This document shows positions 40,486-53,281 of a stretch of 64,000 bases of DNA, in pieces. Within the stretch, counting starts at the first letter, position 1. Each line of letters begins with the position of its first letter. The notes under the pieces were generated by a model, which had not been told where the DNA came from, searched no databases, and was given only the letters and a program-made list of their open reading frames with translations. The translations under genes and the position numbers were made by a program. Source of the DNA: Nostoc sp. Lineage in GTDB: Bacteria > Cyanobacteriota > Cyanobacteriia > Cyanobacteriales > Nostocaceae. The stretch lies in contig JBALDB010000020.1 of assembly GCA_036918135.1 (NCBI GenBank), positions 32,001 through 96,000 on the forward strand, given 5' to 3'.

Positions 40486-41464
40486 CTATCTACGTGCATC
40501 AGACGCAGCGATTGCGGTAAGAACTGCCAATCAAGACAATCAGGCAAAGTTTATTGCAGGTGGTACGAATCTGCTGGATCTGATGAAGGAGGGCGTGGAA
40601 ACTCCGCAGCAGTTGATCGACATCAATGATTTGCCGCGATCGCAAATTGAACGCTTGCCCAACGGCGGAATCCGCATCGGCGCACTGGCGCGAAATAGCG
40701 ATGTTGCATACGACGCGAATATTCAACGACAGTATCCGGTGCTGTCTGAAGCACTTTTATCTGGAGCATCTCCCCAACTGCGAAACATGGCAACCGTCGG
40801 GGGAAATTTGCTGCAACGAACTCGCTGTTATTACTTCACAGATACCGGATTTTCTGCTTGTAACAAGCGAATTCCCGGTTCGGGCTGTGCTGCCATTGCA
40901 GGCTATAATCGCATTCACGCGATTTTTGGCACAAGTGACTGCTGTATTGCTACCCATCCTTCCGATATGGCGGTGGCATTGACTGCCTTAGATGCTGTGA
41001 TTCATACACAGAATGCAAATGAAACTCGGCAGATGGCGAGCGCTGACTTTTACTTATTACCAGGAGACACCCCCGATCGCGAAACTGTATTGCAACCAGG
41101 CGAACTGATTACTGCCGTTGAGTTGCCGCCACTGCCCTTTGCGGCTGGCTCACACTACTTGAAAGTGCGCGATCGCGCCTCTTACGATTTCGCGTTAGTT
41201 TCGGTGGCGGTGGCGTTAGATATCCATAATGGCACGATCGCCGATGCGCGAATTGCCCTCGGTGGAGTTGGGACAAAACCCTGGAAAGCATCCGCAGCAG
41301 AACAAGTGCTGATTGGTGCGCCTGCGAATCAGTCTACCTTTGAAGCTGCTGCCCAAGCAACAATCCGGGATGCCAAACCCCAGGAACATAACTTTTTTAA
41401 AGTTGAATTATTACGACGGACGTTAATTCAGGCATTGGCAATCGTTGCGGGAGGTGAGCTATGA
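40472..41464 (+). CDS. Xanthine dehydrogenase family FAD subunit (YagS/PaoB-like)
   Basis: [32 protein letters not shown], Cys-rich insert [17 protein letters not shown]. Confidence 0.93.
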   Translation: MQPFNYLRASDAAIAVRTANQDNQAKFIAGGTNLLDLMKEGVETPQQLIDINDLPRSQIERLPNGGIRIGALARNSDVAYDANIQRQYPVLSEALLSGASPQLRNMATVGGNLLQRTRCYYFTDTGFSACNKRIPGSGCAAIAGYNRIHAIFGTSDCCIATHPSDMAVALTALDAVIHTQNANETRQMASADFYLLPGDTPDRETVLQPGELITAVELPPLPFAAGSHYLKVRDRASYDFALVSVAVALDIHNGTIADARIALGGVGTKPWKASAAEQVLIGAPANQSTFEAAAQATIRDAKPQEHNFFKVELLRRTLIQALAIVAGGEL

Positions 41465-43686
41465 ATCCAGCAATCGGCCAAGCAATCGATCGCGTAGACG
41501 GACGGTTGAAAGTGACCGGAGGCGCACATTACTGTGCTGAGATCCCGATTTCTAACTTAGTTCATGCCGCTTTAGTTGAGAGCGCGATCGCCAAAGGACG
41601 TATTGTCGAAATTGATACCAAGTTAGCTGCCGCCGCACCTGGTGTGCTAGCGATTCTGACGCATCACAATACTCCCCACATTGCTCCCTCACCCGTTACT
41701 TTGGGCTTCGATGGTGAGAACGGCTCGGCAGGAGAGCAACATCTGCCGCTTCAGGATAACCAAATTCATTATAGTGGGCAGCATATTAGTATTGTGATTG
41801 CCGAAACCTTTGAGCAAGCAACTTATGCTGCAACGCTGGTGCAGGTTCGCTACGAGGTAGAAGCACCCATAGCAACGATGCAGGCAGGAATGGAATATGC
41901 CTTTCCCCCGGATAATGTTTGGGGAAAACCACCTGAGACTCAACAAGGAAATGTGGCTAAAGGACTAGCAGATGCCGCCATCAAGATTGACCGGATTTAT
42001 ACGACGGCAATGCAGCACCACAATGCCATCGAACCTCATGCCACGATCGCTGTCTGGGAAGCAGATAATCTGACTTTGTATGAGCCGACAACGTGGGTTT
42101 ACGGTACTCAAAAGGCAGTAGCTCGCTGGCTACAAATGCCGCTTGAGAAAATCCGCGTGATTCAGCAGTTTGTGGGTGGCTCGTTTGGCTATAAAGGCCC
42201 TGCATGGACGCATGTGGTATTAACTGCGATCGCTGCACGTCATGTGAATCGACCTGTAAAGCTGGTACTGACTCGCCAACAAGAATTTTTTGCTGTGGGT
42301 CATCGTCCGCAGATTCAACACCAGATTCAATTAGGCGCAACGGCAACCGGACAACTGACGGCACTAACGCACCATGCGATCGCCTGCACATCCACCTTCG
42401 ATCGGCGAGTTGTTGCCCCGGTCACCCGCACCAGTCGCAAAATGTACGCTTGTCCTAACGTTGCCACTACATACCGTCTGGCTCCCACTAATATCGGCGG
42501 CCCGTTTACGATGCGCGGCCCTGGAGAGACACCAGGGTTGTTTGCGCTCGAATCGGCAATGGATGAGCTAGCTTACGCTTTGCAAATCGATCCAATTGAA
42601 TTGCGCTTACGCAATCATGCCGATGTCGATCCAGAAACCGGGAAACCCTGGTCGAGTAAGTCTCTCAAGGAGTGCTATCGGCAAGGTGCGGAAAGGTTCG
42701 GTTGGAAAGAGCGTGACCCGCAACCTGGTTCGATGCGAAATGGCGATCGCCTCGTGGGTTGGGGAATGGCAACGATGGCGTATGATGCCCGTTTTTCTCC
42801 CACAAGTGCCTCCGCGCAACTATTTGCCGATGGTAATGTTTTGGTGCAGAGTGCTACCTGCGACCAGGGTACAGGTTCGTACACGATTATGCGGCAAATT
42901 GCTGCGGATACATTAGGAATACCAATCTCAGCGATTCGCTTTGAACTTGGCGATACCCAGATGCCCGAAGCTCCTGTTTCAGCTGGGTCTCAGACAACGG
43001 CAAGCGTTGGCTCTGCGGTTAGTGCGGCGACGGCTTCCCTCAAACGCAAACTGCTGGCTTTGGCGTTCAACCATCCTTACTCTCCCCTTTACGGATACAC
43101 ACAAGCTGATGTGACTATGCACAATGGGCATTGCTACCTCAAGGACAATCCCAGTCAAGGACAGACTTACACAGAAATTTTGCAGCAACACCAAATGAAA
43201 TCGATTTCGGCACAGGAACAGGTGAAGCCTGATGACGACAGCGAGAAATTTACCCACTACTCATTTGGCGCGCATTTTGCCGAAGTGCAATTCCATCCGG
43301 GATTGGGGGAACTGCGAGTTACTCGCTATGTCGGCGCATTTGCTGCCGGACGCATTATTAACCCCAAAACAGCTTATAGCCAACTCATCGGTGGCATTAT
43401 TTGGGGTATTGGAATGGCGTTGCTGGAACAAAGCGTCGTCGATGCAAATTTAGGACGAATTGTCAATTCTAACCTCGCTGAGTATTTGGTTCCAACTAAT
43501 GCCGATATTCCCCCAATTGATGCATTTTTCATTGAAGAGGAAGACCCGCACGTTAATTTAATTGGTGTCAAAGGAATTGGCGAGATTGGCACTGTGGGAT
43601 CTGCCGCTGCGATCGCCAATGCAGTTTATCATGCGACAGGCAAACGCATTCGCGAGCTGCCCATTACGATTGACAAACTCTTATGA
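41461..43686 (+). CDS. Xanthine dehydrogenase family molybdopterin-binding subunit (YagR/PaoC-like)
   Basis: [64 protein letters not shown]. Confidence 0.93.
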   Translation: MNPAIGQAIDRVDGRLKVTGGAHYCAEIPISNLVHAALVESAIAKGRIVEIDTKLAAAAPGVLAILTHHNTPHIAPSPVTLGFDGENGSAGEQHLPLQDNQIHYSGQHISIVIAETFEQATYAATLVQVRYEVEAPIATMQAGMEYAFPPDNVWGKPPETQQGNVAKGLADAAIKIDRIYTTAMQHHNAIEPHATIAVWEADNLTLYEPTTWVYGTQKAVARWLQMPLEKIRVIQQFVGGSFGYKGPAWTHVVLTAIAARHVNRPVKLVLTRQQEFFAVGHRPQIQHQIQLGATATGQLTALTHHAIACTSTFDRRVVAPVTRTSRKMYACPNVATTYRLAPTNIGGPFTMRGPGETPGLFALESAMDELAYALQIDPIELRLRNHADVDPETGKPWSSKSLKECYRQGAERFGWKERDPQPGSMRNGDRLVGWGMATMAYDARFSPTSASAQLFADGNVLVQSATCDQGTGSYTIMRQIAADTLGIPISAIRFELGDTQMPEAPVSAGSQTTASVGSAVSAATASLKRKLLALAFNHPYSPLYGYTQADVTMHNGHCYLKDNPSQGQTYTEILQQHQMKSISAQEQVKPDDDSEKFTHYSFGAHFAEVQFHPGLGELRVTRYVGAFAAGRIINPKTAYSQLIGGIIWGIGMALLEQSVVDANLGRIVNSNLAEYLVPTNADIPPIDAFFIEEEDPHVNLIGVKGIGEIGTVGSAAAIANAVYHATGKRIRELPITIDKLL

Positions 43687-44205
43687 ACCAACAGCCAGCT
43701 AGAGAATAAACAGGGTGTAGGGTGTAGTGACCTCTCCTTCAAAAGAGAGGTTTCGCTCTAAGGACGCGGTGTTTCGAGACGCTTCGCGCGAGAAACACAT
43801 ATTTTTATTTGTTTCTCCTTAAAAAAAGAGGCTTTTACCAAGTCTTTGGAGCAGGTTCACTACACCCCACACCCGCTTCAAAGGAGCTTGGTCATATCAT
43901 GTTCGGTTGAAGACCGATCGTTAGGACTGACACAAAGAGAAGTCTGAGCGCCGACTTGGGGCGATCTGAACTTCACAAGTAGCTTTGTGACTATTAATAA
44001 ATATTAAAAAAATTCGAGCGATCGCCAATAACTATATTTACTACAATCTTTATGCTAGATCATTTATAGAGGCTCTATTTTTCCTTCAATAGAAACAAAC
44101 CTTAATTTTTTGTTTCACTGCGTAATTCCTACTTTTTGCCAGAGCTTTACATCAATTGGCATTCCCTATCTAAGCCAGGGAACAAGAAATTAGGAGCATG
44201 AAACA

Positions 44206-44643
44206 ATGTTTTGGAAATTTGTAATCAGTATTTTATTATTGCCCAGTTGCCTGGGATTGGAAATAGCCGCAGCTCTTGAAAAAAATGAGTTGCATATGCT
44301 ACCAATTTCTGAAGAATTAAGCGCCCCAGTTATTCAGACAAACGCAAATCAAAATCTCCTGAATTCTTTATATTCCTCAGTTACAAAAGATTTACAAGCT
44401 GATACTAAAAATTTAAAACATCGAAAATACCGACGCCATTATCACAGGTTTCGTAGACAGTATCATCAAAGGTATAGAAATTATTACCATGAAAGACTTT
44501 ATTCTCCCCAAAATATTTATTATCGGAGACGGTATCACAATCAATATATAAATTCCCATCAAGGAGTTTATAAGCCGCTATACTATCATTATCTCAAAAA
44601 CTATGACTATCTGCATAGAAATTTCCATCACCGTTGCTATTAA
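44206..44643 (+). CDS. Secreted protein with His/Arg/Tyr-rich low-complexity tail
   Basis: Signal-like N-terminus; HRKYRRHYHRFRRQYHQRY... ; AGGAG RBS. Confidence 0.65.
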   Translation: MFWKFVISILLLPSCLGLEIAAALEKNELHMLPISEELSAPVIQTNANQNLLNSLYSSVTKDLQADTKNLKHRKYRRHYHRFRRQYHQRYRNYYHERLYSPQNIYYRRRYHNQYINSHQGVYKPLYYHYLKNYDYLHRNFHHRCY

Positions 44644-44819
44644 GCTAATGCGCTGAGAAATTGCACTCTTGTTTATGAAGATTGTCATTAGTCATTTCTC
44701 ATTTGCAAATGACTTAATGACAATTACATATTTATAGCAGGAAGCAGGAGCTAAAACTATTACTGCTCCTAACATTCACGCTTGTCATTATGTCCTAACT
44801 TATGTGACTACGGCTATAT

Positions 44820-45698
44820 TCAAACTACCTTTTGGTACTTTTGAGTTAAATACATCGCAATTCCTTTTTCATAATAAGCTGCTTCATTAATAAAAATAGG
44901 ATAAACAGTAGATACTCCCTCGTATAAAATATCTTTTCCTGCAAAATTTAGAAATATTGGCTCACCTGGATTCAGAGGTTGATAATCGCGAAACTGAAGC
45001 TGGGGATGAATCATAGCTTGAATCTCACCGTTTTCGTCTCTGGGATAATCAATAGTGTTAATGTATTGATAGAGTATAACTGTATTGTCTGTCTGGGGAA
45101 TATTACCTTGATTGCACGATTCAAAATAGTCCAAAATTGAATAAATAAGTTGTTCTGTTTTTTGAAATAATTCAGCATTTAAGACATTTTGAGCCACAGT
45201 ACCTACTTCGATTACAAAACCCAATTTGCACAAAGAACGCATAAATCCAACTTTTTTTGATTGTTGATTAACACAGACTCTCACTAAAGGGTTTTTTGAA
45301 CTTAAATAAGCAGCCAAACGAAGTAAGAAAGGATGCAGTTCGCCAAAAATCAAACTTAACCCCATATTGGCAGTAGTGCTATGCAAATCAATGATTACAT
45401 CAACAAAAGGCTGATTTTGGGGTTGCAGTATTTGTTTAATTTCTTTTGCTCGCGTATCTTCGTAACTTAAGAGATTTGGATTTTGTAAGTCTTGATGAGT
45501 GAAGCAACGATTTAAATCTTTGTCAATGTAACGTTTACCTTCTGCAATAGCTTTGGGATTACCAAGTAATACCAAAGTTTCTAAACTTTGTCTGTTAATT
45601 AAATTTGGAGATTGCTGAAATTTTTTAACTAAGTGTACTCCTGTTAATTCATTACCGTGCGTTCCTCCAACGATCGCTACTCGTTCAATCTGACTCAT
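44820..45698 (-). CDS. Aspartoacylase (AstE/AspA family)
   Basis: [28 protein letters not shown]. Confidence 0.93.
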   Translation of the reverse strand: MSQIERVAIVGGTHGNELTGVHLVKKFQQSPNLINRQSLETLVLLGNPKAIAEGKRYIDKDLNRCFTHQDLQNPNLLSYEDTRAKEIKQILQPQNQPFVDVIIDLHSTTANMGLSLIFGELHPFLLRLAAYLSSKNPLVRVCVNQQSKKVGFMRSLCKLGFVIEVGTVAQNVLNAELFQKTEQLIYSILDYFESCNQGNIPQTDNTVILYQYINTIDYPRDENGEIQAMIHPQLQFRDYQPLNPGEPIFLNFAGKDILYEGVSTVYPIFINEAAYYEKGIAMYLTQKYQKVV

Positions 45699-46162
45699 AA
45701 AAACCTCGTAATAAAAGCTTATAGGCTAGACATTATCATGCCCACCCTAGTGTGGTCTTTTTAGATAAAACCTACTAAGTGAATGGGGCATTGAGCAAAC
45801 AAGGCATTGGTCATTTGTCATTCTCCACGTCCCCTTGTCCTCTAAAGTTCTGTTCGTCATTCGCGCAGTGTCTTTGCTCAAAGCGTATCCTAGACAATAC
45901 ACAAACACGGCGAATCGCTACTCTATCATCAAAATTCGGCGAGTTGTGACTTCTGTTTTTGTCCCCTTACCCTTTGCACTCCCCACTAAGTAAATAGGAG
46001 AGAATAAACTCAACCATGTTAAGAAACGTAAATACACTTGAAATTTTTACAAATGACTAACGACAAATAACAAATGACGATTCTTGCTAGTTAATTTTAT
46101 TTGCATCGCTCTACTTACATCTCTTTGCTTCTTTCTAATTGGTAACTTACGATAACTGTTAA

Positions 46163-47377
<1,215 letters not shown>

Positions 47378-48287
47378 ACAATATAATCGGTTTAATCTCT
47401 GCTAACCTACAAGTAAAACTGGAATCAGTGCCATTATTAAGAATGTCTGATAAATTTTGTTACATTTAGACGATTTACGATCGCCAAATATCATCAATTG
47501 ATTGAACTGGAATTTCTTACACAAACCAATCATATTGAATTACAGCAGTTTTTATCTATTTAGACCACATACTCATCTTCCTCTCTGCGACTTTGCGCCT
47601 GGAGCGTGATAAAAAAGCCGTGGTTGATTTACCTGAAAATAGCTGTAATTTGAGGAGAATTGATGATGACTAATGACCGTTGAGTGTGAACAGTAGGATA
47701 TTTTTTAGAAACAAAGTTGCTGACTTGCTCCTGATGACCGTTGAGTGTAAACAGTAGAACATTTTTTAGAAAGGAAGTTTTTAAGCGCGATCGCCTAAAA
47801 AAGTGTTCTATTCTCTCAAGCATCTTATCTCATATTTGCTCGATTACTTAATTAACTCCCTTTAAGCCCACCCCTTAATCCTCTCTTTTAGCCCGGAAAG
47901 GAGAAGACAAAGCTACGCTTTGCCGGGGTGCAATGACTATAGGAATCATAACTATTTATCGGAACTTGATATTATACCTCGTTTTAGTGGCGTACTCAAG
48001 GGCGATAACACACCATACATATACTTTCCTCCCCAAAAGCGACTCAACCCAATCAAGATCCGACTTTTTTCCGACTTTTTTCCGACCGACAAACTTCCTA
48101 TTTGGTAGTACAGTATTTCGATGAGCAGTATTCATATTCCTAACTTCTTAGAGGGGATAGATTGCCAATTGCACAATTACAGGCTAGTGAAACTCACCTA
48201 TTTTTACTGGGTGAGTTTATTTCATCTATGTGCAAACTGCATATTAACTTGATTTACACATCAACCTGAGTTTAAGGAGAGCATTTT

Positions 48288-49994
48288 GTGACTTATTACT
48301 ATAACGGAACTTTGGGTTCTGACTACTTCGACTATCTATCAGAGTACAACTATTCCAGCAGCTACTACTACTACGTGTCTGATGCCCTGGATGCTAGTGG
48401 TGATAATGGCAATGACATCATCTATGGTGGTTATTACTATGACGACACTATCTATGGTGGTGGTGGCAATGACTACCTTTATGTAGGGGATAGTAGCGGG
48501 AACACCTCGCTAACTGGTGGGTATGGTTCAGATACGATTTATGGTGGTAGTGGTAATGATGTCATCTCTAGCGATGAGGAAGATTACAATTACACCAATA
48601 ACTATTTCACTAACTACATCTATGCTGGAGATGGCGATGACATTATCTATGGTAGTTCTGATAGTGCAGATTATGTAGATGCCGGGTTTGGTAACGACAA
48701 CATTCAGTATGTCGACTCTTACAATAACAACACCATTTTAGGTGGAACTGGCGATGACTTCATTATCGCTGGAGAGGGCGATGACTCCCTTGACGGTGGA
48801 GATGGTGCAGATGCCATAAGAGGTGGTGATGGTGATGACACCATCTTTGGTGGGGCTGGCAATGATAACCTCGAAGGTGATGGCAACGATCTAAACGGCA
48901 ATGACACCGTAAATGGTGGTAGTGGCAATGACACCTTATATGGTGGTCTTGGCAAAGACTTCTTATATGGTGGCACTGGCGATGATGTTTACTATGTCGA
49001 TCTTGTTTATGACCAGAGTTTTTTTGATAGTGGTAAGGATGTAGTGACTGAGTATACTTCGGCTGGTACTGACTTAGTAAATTCTCCTTTCACCTACACT
49101 TTATCGGCAAACGTAGAAAACTTAATCCTGACTGGTTCTGCTGCTATCAATGGATATGGCAATAGCCTCAGTAACACGATTAAAGGTAACACTGCCAACA
49201 ACATTATCTACGGTTACGACGGCAATGACTCGCTCAACGGTGGGCTTGAGGGCAATGACTACCTCGACGGTGGGGCTGGTAATGATACCTTAAATGGCGC
49301 TAATGGCAATGACACATTAGTCGGTGGGACTGGCAATAACGCCTACTATGGTGGCGCTGGCAATGACATTTACTATGTTAATAGTGTTAACGATGTAGTC
49401 AACGAGTATAGCTCTCCGGGCACTGACCTAGTAAATTCTTCTATCACCTACACTTTGTCGGCAAACGTAGAAAACCTGACTCTCACTGGTTCTGCTGCTA
49501 TCAATGGATATGGCAATAATCTAAATAATACAATTACAGGTAACAATGGTAACAACTCGCTTACCGGAAGTGCTGGTAATGATACAATCAACGGGGGTGC
49601 TGGTAATGATACAATCAACGGGGGTGCTGGCAAAGACGTACTGACTGGTGGCACTGGAACCGATAAATTCACCTACACTGCTTTGAGTGACTCGTTGTTA
49701 GCTAGCTATGATGTGATTACTGGCTATACTAGTGGCGAGCAAATCGACCGTGTTGGTGGTTCGGCAGTAACGCTGACTACCTCTGTTGGTAAGATAGCTA
49801 GTTTAACTGCGGCAAATATCTCTACTTTACTCAAGAGCAGTGTGTTTACAGCCAACAGTTCTAAAGCATTTACTGTTAATGGTATTAGCGGTACCTTCCT
49901 CGCTTTCAATGACGCAACTGCTGGTTACAATTCTGCAAATGATTCCATTATCTTCCTCCAGAGTTATACGCTTGGATCTGTTTCCATTGTCTAA
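48288..49994 (+). CDS. RTX-type calcium-binding surface protein with bluetail-like C-terminus
   Basis: Many GGxGxDxLx nonapeptides; two YTLSANVENLxLTGSAAINGYGN modules; C-terminal DSLLASYDVIT..TFLAFND..GY..DSII; exact 27-bp tandem duplication near 49575-49628. Confidence 0.88.
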   Translation: MTYYYNGTLGSDYFDYLSEYNYSSSYYYYVSDALDASGDNGNDIIYGGYYYDDTIYGGGGNDYLYVGDSSGNTSLTGGYGSDTIYGGSGNDVISSDEEDYNYTNNYFTNYIYAGDGDDIIYGSSDSADYVDAGFGNDNIQYVDSYNNNTILGGTGDDFIIAGEGDDSLDGGDGADAIRGGDGDDTIFGGAGNDNLEGDGNDLNGNDTVNGGSGNDTLYGGLGKDFLYGGTGDDVYYVDLVYDQSFFDSGKDVVTEYTSAGTDLVNSPFTYTLSANVENLILTGSAAINGYGNSLSNTIKGNTANNIIYGYDGNDSLNGGLEGNDYLDGGAGNDTLNGANGNDTLVGGTGNNAYYGGAGNDIYYVNSVNDVVNEYSSPGTDLVNSSITYTLSANVENLTLTGSAAINGYGNNLNNTITGNNGNNSLTGSAGNDTINGGAGNDTINGGAGKDVLTGGTGTDKFTYTALSDSLLASYDVITGYTSGEQIDRVGGSAVTLTTSVGKIASLTAANISTLLKSSVFTANSSKAFTVNGISGTFLAFNDATAGYNSANDSIIFLQSYTLGSVSIV

Positions 49995-50114
49995 ACCTCA
50001 TTTAGACATTATCTTGGTATCAGAGGTTGTTTGAAAAGTTGTAAAGTATACTCAAAACCTCTTTCCTCCATAATGAGAGAGGCTTTGAAACTTCTATTCA
50101 TTTGTAACAATTAG

Positions 50115-50218
50115 CTAGTACAGTTCGGCGTAAATAAACCACCCATTCAAAATTAATGAAACGCTTGCGCTGTATTAATTTTAAATTTTGAATTTTGAAT
50201 TCCGCCTTGCGATACTAG
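50115..50218. mobile_element. MITE-like element with CTAG ends
   Basis: CTAGTACAGTTCGGCG ... CGCCTTGCGATACTAG with internal AATTTTG heptamers. Confidence 0.5.
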
Positions 50219-50242
50219 GCTTACCAATTACTAGAGAATAAA

Positions 50243-51571
50243 TCACAAACTAAATTCGGCTGCATTATCCTCATCTCCATCTGCATCTTTACCCACAGCA
50301 GTAAATTTAAATTTAGAGCCATGAATTAATTCACCAAACGTAATTTCTGAATTTTGGTAAAGAATATTCAGAACACTCATAAAATCTCGTACAATTTCTC
50401 CTGGCGTAAGTAATGCTTCTGCACCCAAGCGATTAACAATTTCTTGCACAAACTCTTTTAATTCACGATTTGTCAAAGTCTGTTCATAAGCGAAATTGAG
50501 TGCATGAATTTCAGCTAAACGTTGCAAAAGTATCAAAATTTCTGCTTCACTTAACGGGTTTAACCGAATTACTGGCCCTAAAATTTCTTGAACATTAGCT
50601 TGTGCGATAAAACGGCTTTCTTTCGTTCGTCTTCGCCAAGCTTGGTCTGCAAAAAGTCCTCTATTTGGGTCTTCTAAAAATTTAGTTGTTCCACCGACAA
50701 CAATACCAAGATGTTCTGCTTTGCACTGCATGGTATCGTTAAACATTGTTAGAAGTCGATTATAATTTTTTTCCCGCGTAATGGTAGTAGATATTTGATA
50801 TAAATTTACAGCTTCATCAATTATAATTAATAGTCCTTTATAGCCAATCTCAGCGACAAATTTAGCAAGCAATTTGATGTAGTCATACCAACTATCATCA
50901 TCAATAATGATGCGGACTCCTAAAGCCGCTTTCGCCTCACTTTTGGTCGTAAATTCTCCACGCAGCCAGCGCATTGCGGCGTTTTTTAAATTATCATCAT
51001 CCAATCTGTAGCCACGCCAATAAGCAATAATAACACTACCAAAATCAAAACCGTGAACTAAATCTTCAATATATTGAACTACTTCCCTAATTTTTGATTC
51101 AACTTGGTCATCAAAACCATCGTCATTCGGACGCATTTCAGTTTCTTTAACCACTTCTTGTTGAATTTTATTAATCCATCCTTCTAAAATCGAGACTAAA
51201 GCACCACCATCAGGACGAGTTTTTGTAGCTAGATGGCTGATTAATTCTCGATAGGTTGCTAAACCTTCATTCTTACTTCCTGCTAATCGGCGTTCAGAGG
51301 ATAAATCAGCATCAGCTACGACAAAACCTTGCTCCATCCCTCGATTACGAATTAGTTGTAGTAAAAAGCTTTTCCCTGAACCATAATTACCAATTATAAA
51401 CCGAAATGCTGCTACACCTTCTGCAATATCGTTAAGATTTTGTAATAGGCTTTTAAGTTCTTTTTCTCGACCTACTGCTATATGTTCAACTCCCACTCTT
51501 GGTACTACCCCCGCACCAAGGGAATTAATCAAAGCAGTGGATACTTTTTTCGAGATTTTGAGTTTTGCCAT
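50243..51571 (-). CDS. DUF2791 / BrxD-like P-loop ATPase
   Basis: SLGAGVVPRVG..IAVGR, Walker A GNYGSGKSF, MRWLRGE, GYKGLLIIIDEAVNL. Confidence 0.85.
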   Translation of the reverse strand: MAKLKISKKVSTALINSLGAGVVPRVGVEHIAVGREKELKSLLQNLNDIAEGVAAFRFIIGNYGSGKSFLLQLIRNRGMEQGFVVADADLSSERRLAGSKNEGLATYRELISHLATKTRPDGGALVSILEGWINKIQQEVVKETEMRPNDDGFDDQVESKIREVVQYIEDLVHGFDFGSVIIAYWRGYRLDDDNLKNAAMRWLRGEFTTKSEAKAALGVRIIIDDDSWYDYIKLLAKFVAEIGYKGLLIIIDEAVNLYQISTTITREKNYNRLLTMFNDTMQCKAEHLGIVVGGTTKFLEDPNRGLFADQAWRRRTKESRFIAQANVQEILGPVIRLNPLSEAEILILLQRLAEIHALNFAYEQTLTNRELKEFVQEIVNRLGAEALLTPGEIVRDFMSVLNILYQNSEITFGELIHGSKFKFTAVGKDADGDEDNAAEFSL

Positions 51572-51803
51572 GTATTACACTTTAGTTGATTTTAAACGCA
51601 GAAGCACGCAGCAACTAGGTAAGGTATATTATCACCTGATTAATAATCTGACAACCTCAGAATTCAGAACTGGTCAATTCAAGAGTTAGAAGTTAGATTA
51701 AGAAGACTTTTATAATCAAGCTGAAGAATTTTCAAGAATCGAGGGTACTAGAGGTTATTAATTGAATAATCATTTTGGATTTTGACTCCTGACTCCTGAA
51801 TTT

Positions 51804-53138
51804 TCACATTTGCTCATGTTTAGTCATAATATTGTCATACATTGCAATTATTTTTTTGATATAGGTTTTATACTCTGGATAAACTTCTGGAATTTCTAAA
51901 TCTGAATCGATTATTAATTCACCAATAGTATCATTTGCTCGTTCATTAATAGAATCAATTAGCAGATTGGGCATAGTAATATTTGCTTCAGCAATTTTTT
52001 TAATAGTAGCTTTGGTATTATCTTGTTCAACTATAGCTTTTAATACTTGTAATTCATATTCTGGTAAATTTACCAAAAAATTAGTCCATTCTTCAGGGAT
52101 ACGTTCTAACATATCAACTTCTGAGAAATCTATTGTTGTTGAAGATTCAATTATTTCTGTAAAAGGAAACAATTCATTATTATCTTCTGTTGAATTACTA
52201 AGCAGAGGTTCTGGATTGAGCGTTTCTATTTGTTGGAGTAAATCCCACACTTGATTTTGCAACAAGTCTCGTTCTTCTTGCAATAATGAAACTTGTGCTT
52301 GTAATTGCTGTATTTCTTCTTTTTTTGTTGCTATTTGAGTTTGTGAAGAATTCAGTAACGCTTGAGTATTTTCTTTTTCAGTTGTTGTCGATACAAGTAG
52401 TTCATTTTCTTTGTTTACTTTGATTTCTAGTTCTTGAATTGTAATTCGCAATTCGTATAATTTTTCTTCTAATTGGGGTTTGAGTCTGCCTAAAAGAGTC
52501 AAATTGCTTTCAACTTCTTGTTTTTGGTGTTGGAGTTCGGAAATTTGACTTTGTAATTGGGTAATTTCAGCACGGGATACATGACAATTCGACTCTAAAC
52601 GACGTTTTTCTGCTGTTAAATTAGAAAAAGTGTTATTCAATTCTGCTTGATTCTTTTCCAAGTTATTCAATTCAATTTGCAAATTGCTGATTTCAGTTTC
52701 TAACTGCTTTTTTTGCCCAGCAATTGTTCTTACTTCTCGATGCAAACTGTCCCTTTGGCTACGGTTTTCAGTTACTTGATTTTGGAGTTGTTTGGACTCT
52801 GCATATAATAAATTATGATGTTCTTCAATTTGATTAATTTCTCTAACAATACGAGCTTTTAACCCCTCCATTTCTTTAATTCGCTTCCGAAGGGAACCTA
52901 AAACAAACATTTCGTAATTTCTGCGTCGCTTATCTACGAATAAGGCTGTTGCATAGATAACAAGTCCAGTAATTACACCCGTGAGAAAGGCTTTATTAAA
53001 ATCCCAGTTAGGAACAAGGCTAAGTCCAAAACTCACACTAAAGGCAACTATGCCTAAAATAAATCGATTACCGATCGTTACTGATTGCATATTGCTGTTT
53101 GTTAGCGTAGTTAACCGATTGGAATAAGCAGTTTTCAT
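51804..53138 (-). CDS. Two-TM, long coiled-coil protein with TerB-C-like C-terminal domain (alternative start 53090)
   Basis: Two N-terminal hydrophobic helices, heptad-rich middle, C-terminal MPNLLIDSINERANDTIGELII. Confidence 0.75.
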   Translation of the reverse strand: MKTAYSNRLTTLTNSNMQSVTIGNRFILGIVAFSVSFGLSLVPNWDFNKAFLTGVITGLVIYATALFVDKRRRNYEMFVLGSLRKRIKEMEGLKARIVREINQIEEHHNLLYAESKQLQNQVTENRSQRDSLHREVRTIAGQKKQLETEISNLQIELNNLEKNQAELNNTFSNLTAEKRRLESNCHVSRAEITQLQSQISELQHQKQEVESNLTLLGRLKPQLEEKLYELRITIQELEIKVNKENELLVSTTTEKENTQALLNSSQTQIATKKEEIQQLQAQVSLLQEERDLLQNQVWDLLQQIETLNPEPLLSNSTEDNNELFPFTEIIESSTTIDFSEVDMLERIPEEWTNFLVNLPEYELQVLKAIVEQDNTKATIKKIAEANITMPNLLIDSINERANDTIGELIIDSDLEIPEVYPEYKTYIKKIIAMYDNIMTKHEQM

Positions 53139-53281
53139 ATTAATTTTAAATTTAAAATTAGAATTTTATATATACAATTCTAATTTTTGTTTTTTATCAT
53201 TATAATTCTAAAATTTATAATTATTCGTGCATAATATTGTTAGGTAATAAATAAAAAAGTGTGATTATCAATAAATTAATA

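Noticed and set aside
40274..43619. Numerous short overlapping or antisense ORFs in the GC-richer island and elsewhere in the track
   Set aside because: They shadow well-supported genes and lack recognisable motifs; expected from fewer stop codons at higher GC.
47673..47772. Two ~39-bp direct repeats separated by ~22 nt, superficially CRISPR-like
   Set aside because: Only two imperfect copies, no cas genes, and the unit matches the dispersed repeat at ~60450-60498.
50243..51571. Complete BREX system
   Set aside because: No pglX, pglZ, brxC or helicase in the window; only the BrxD-like ATPase.
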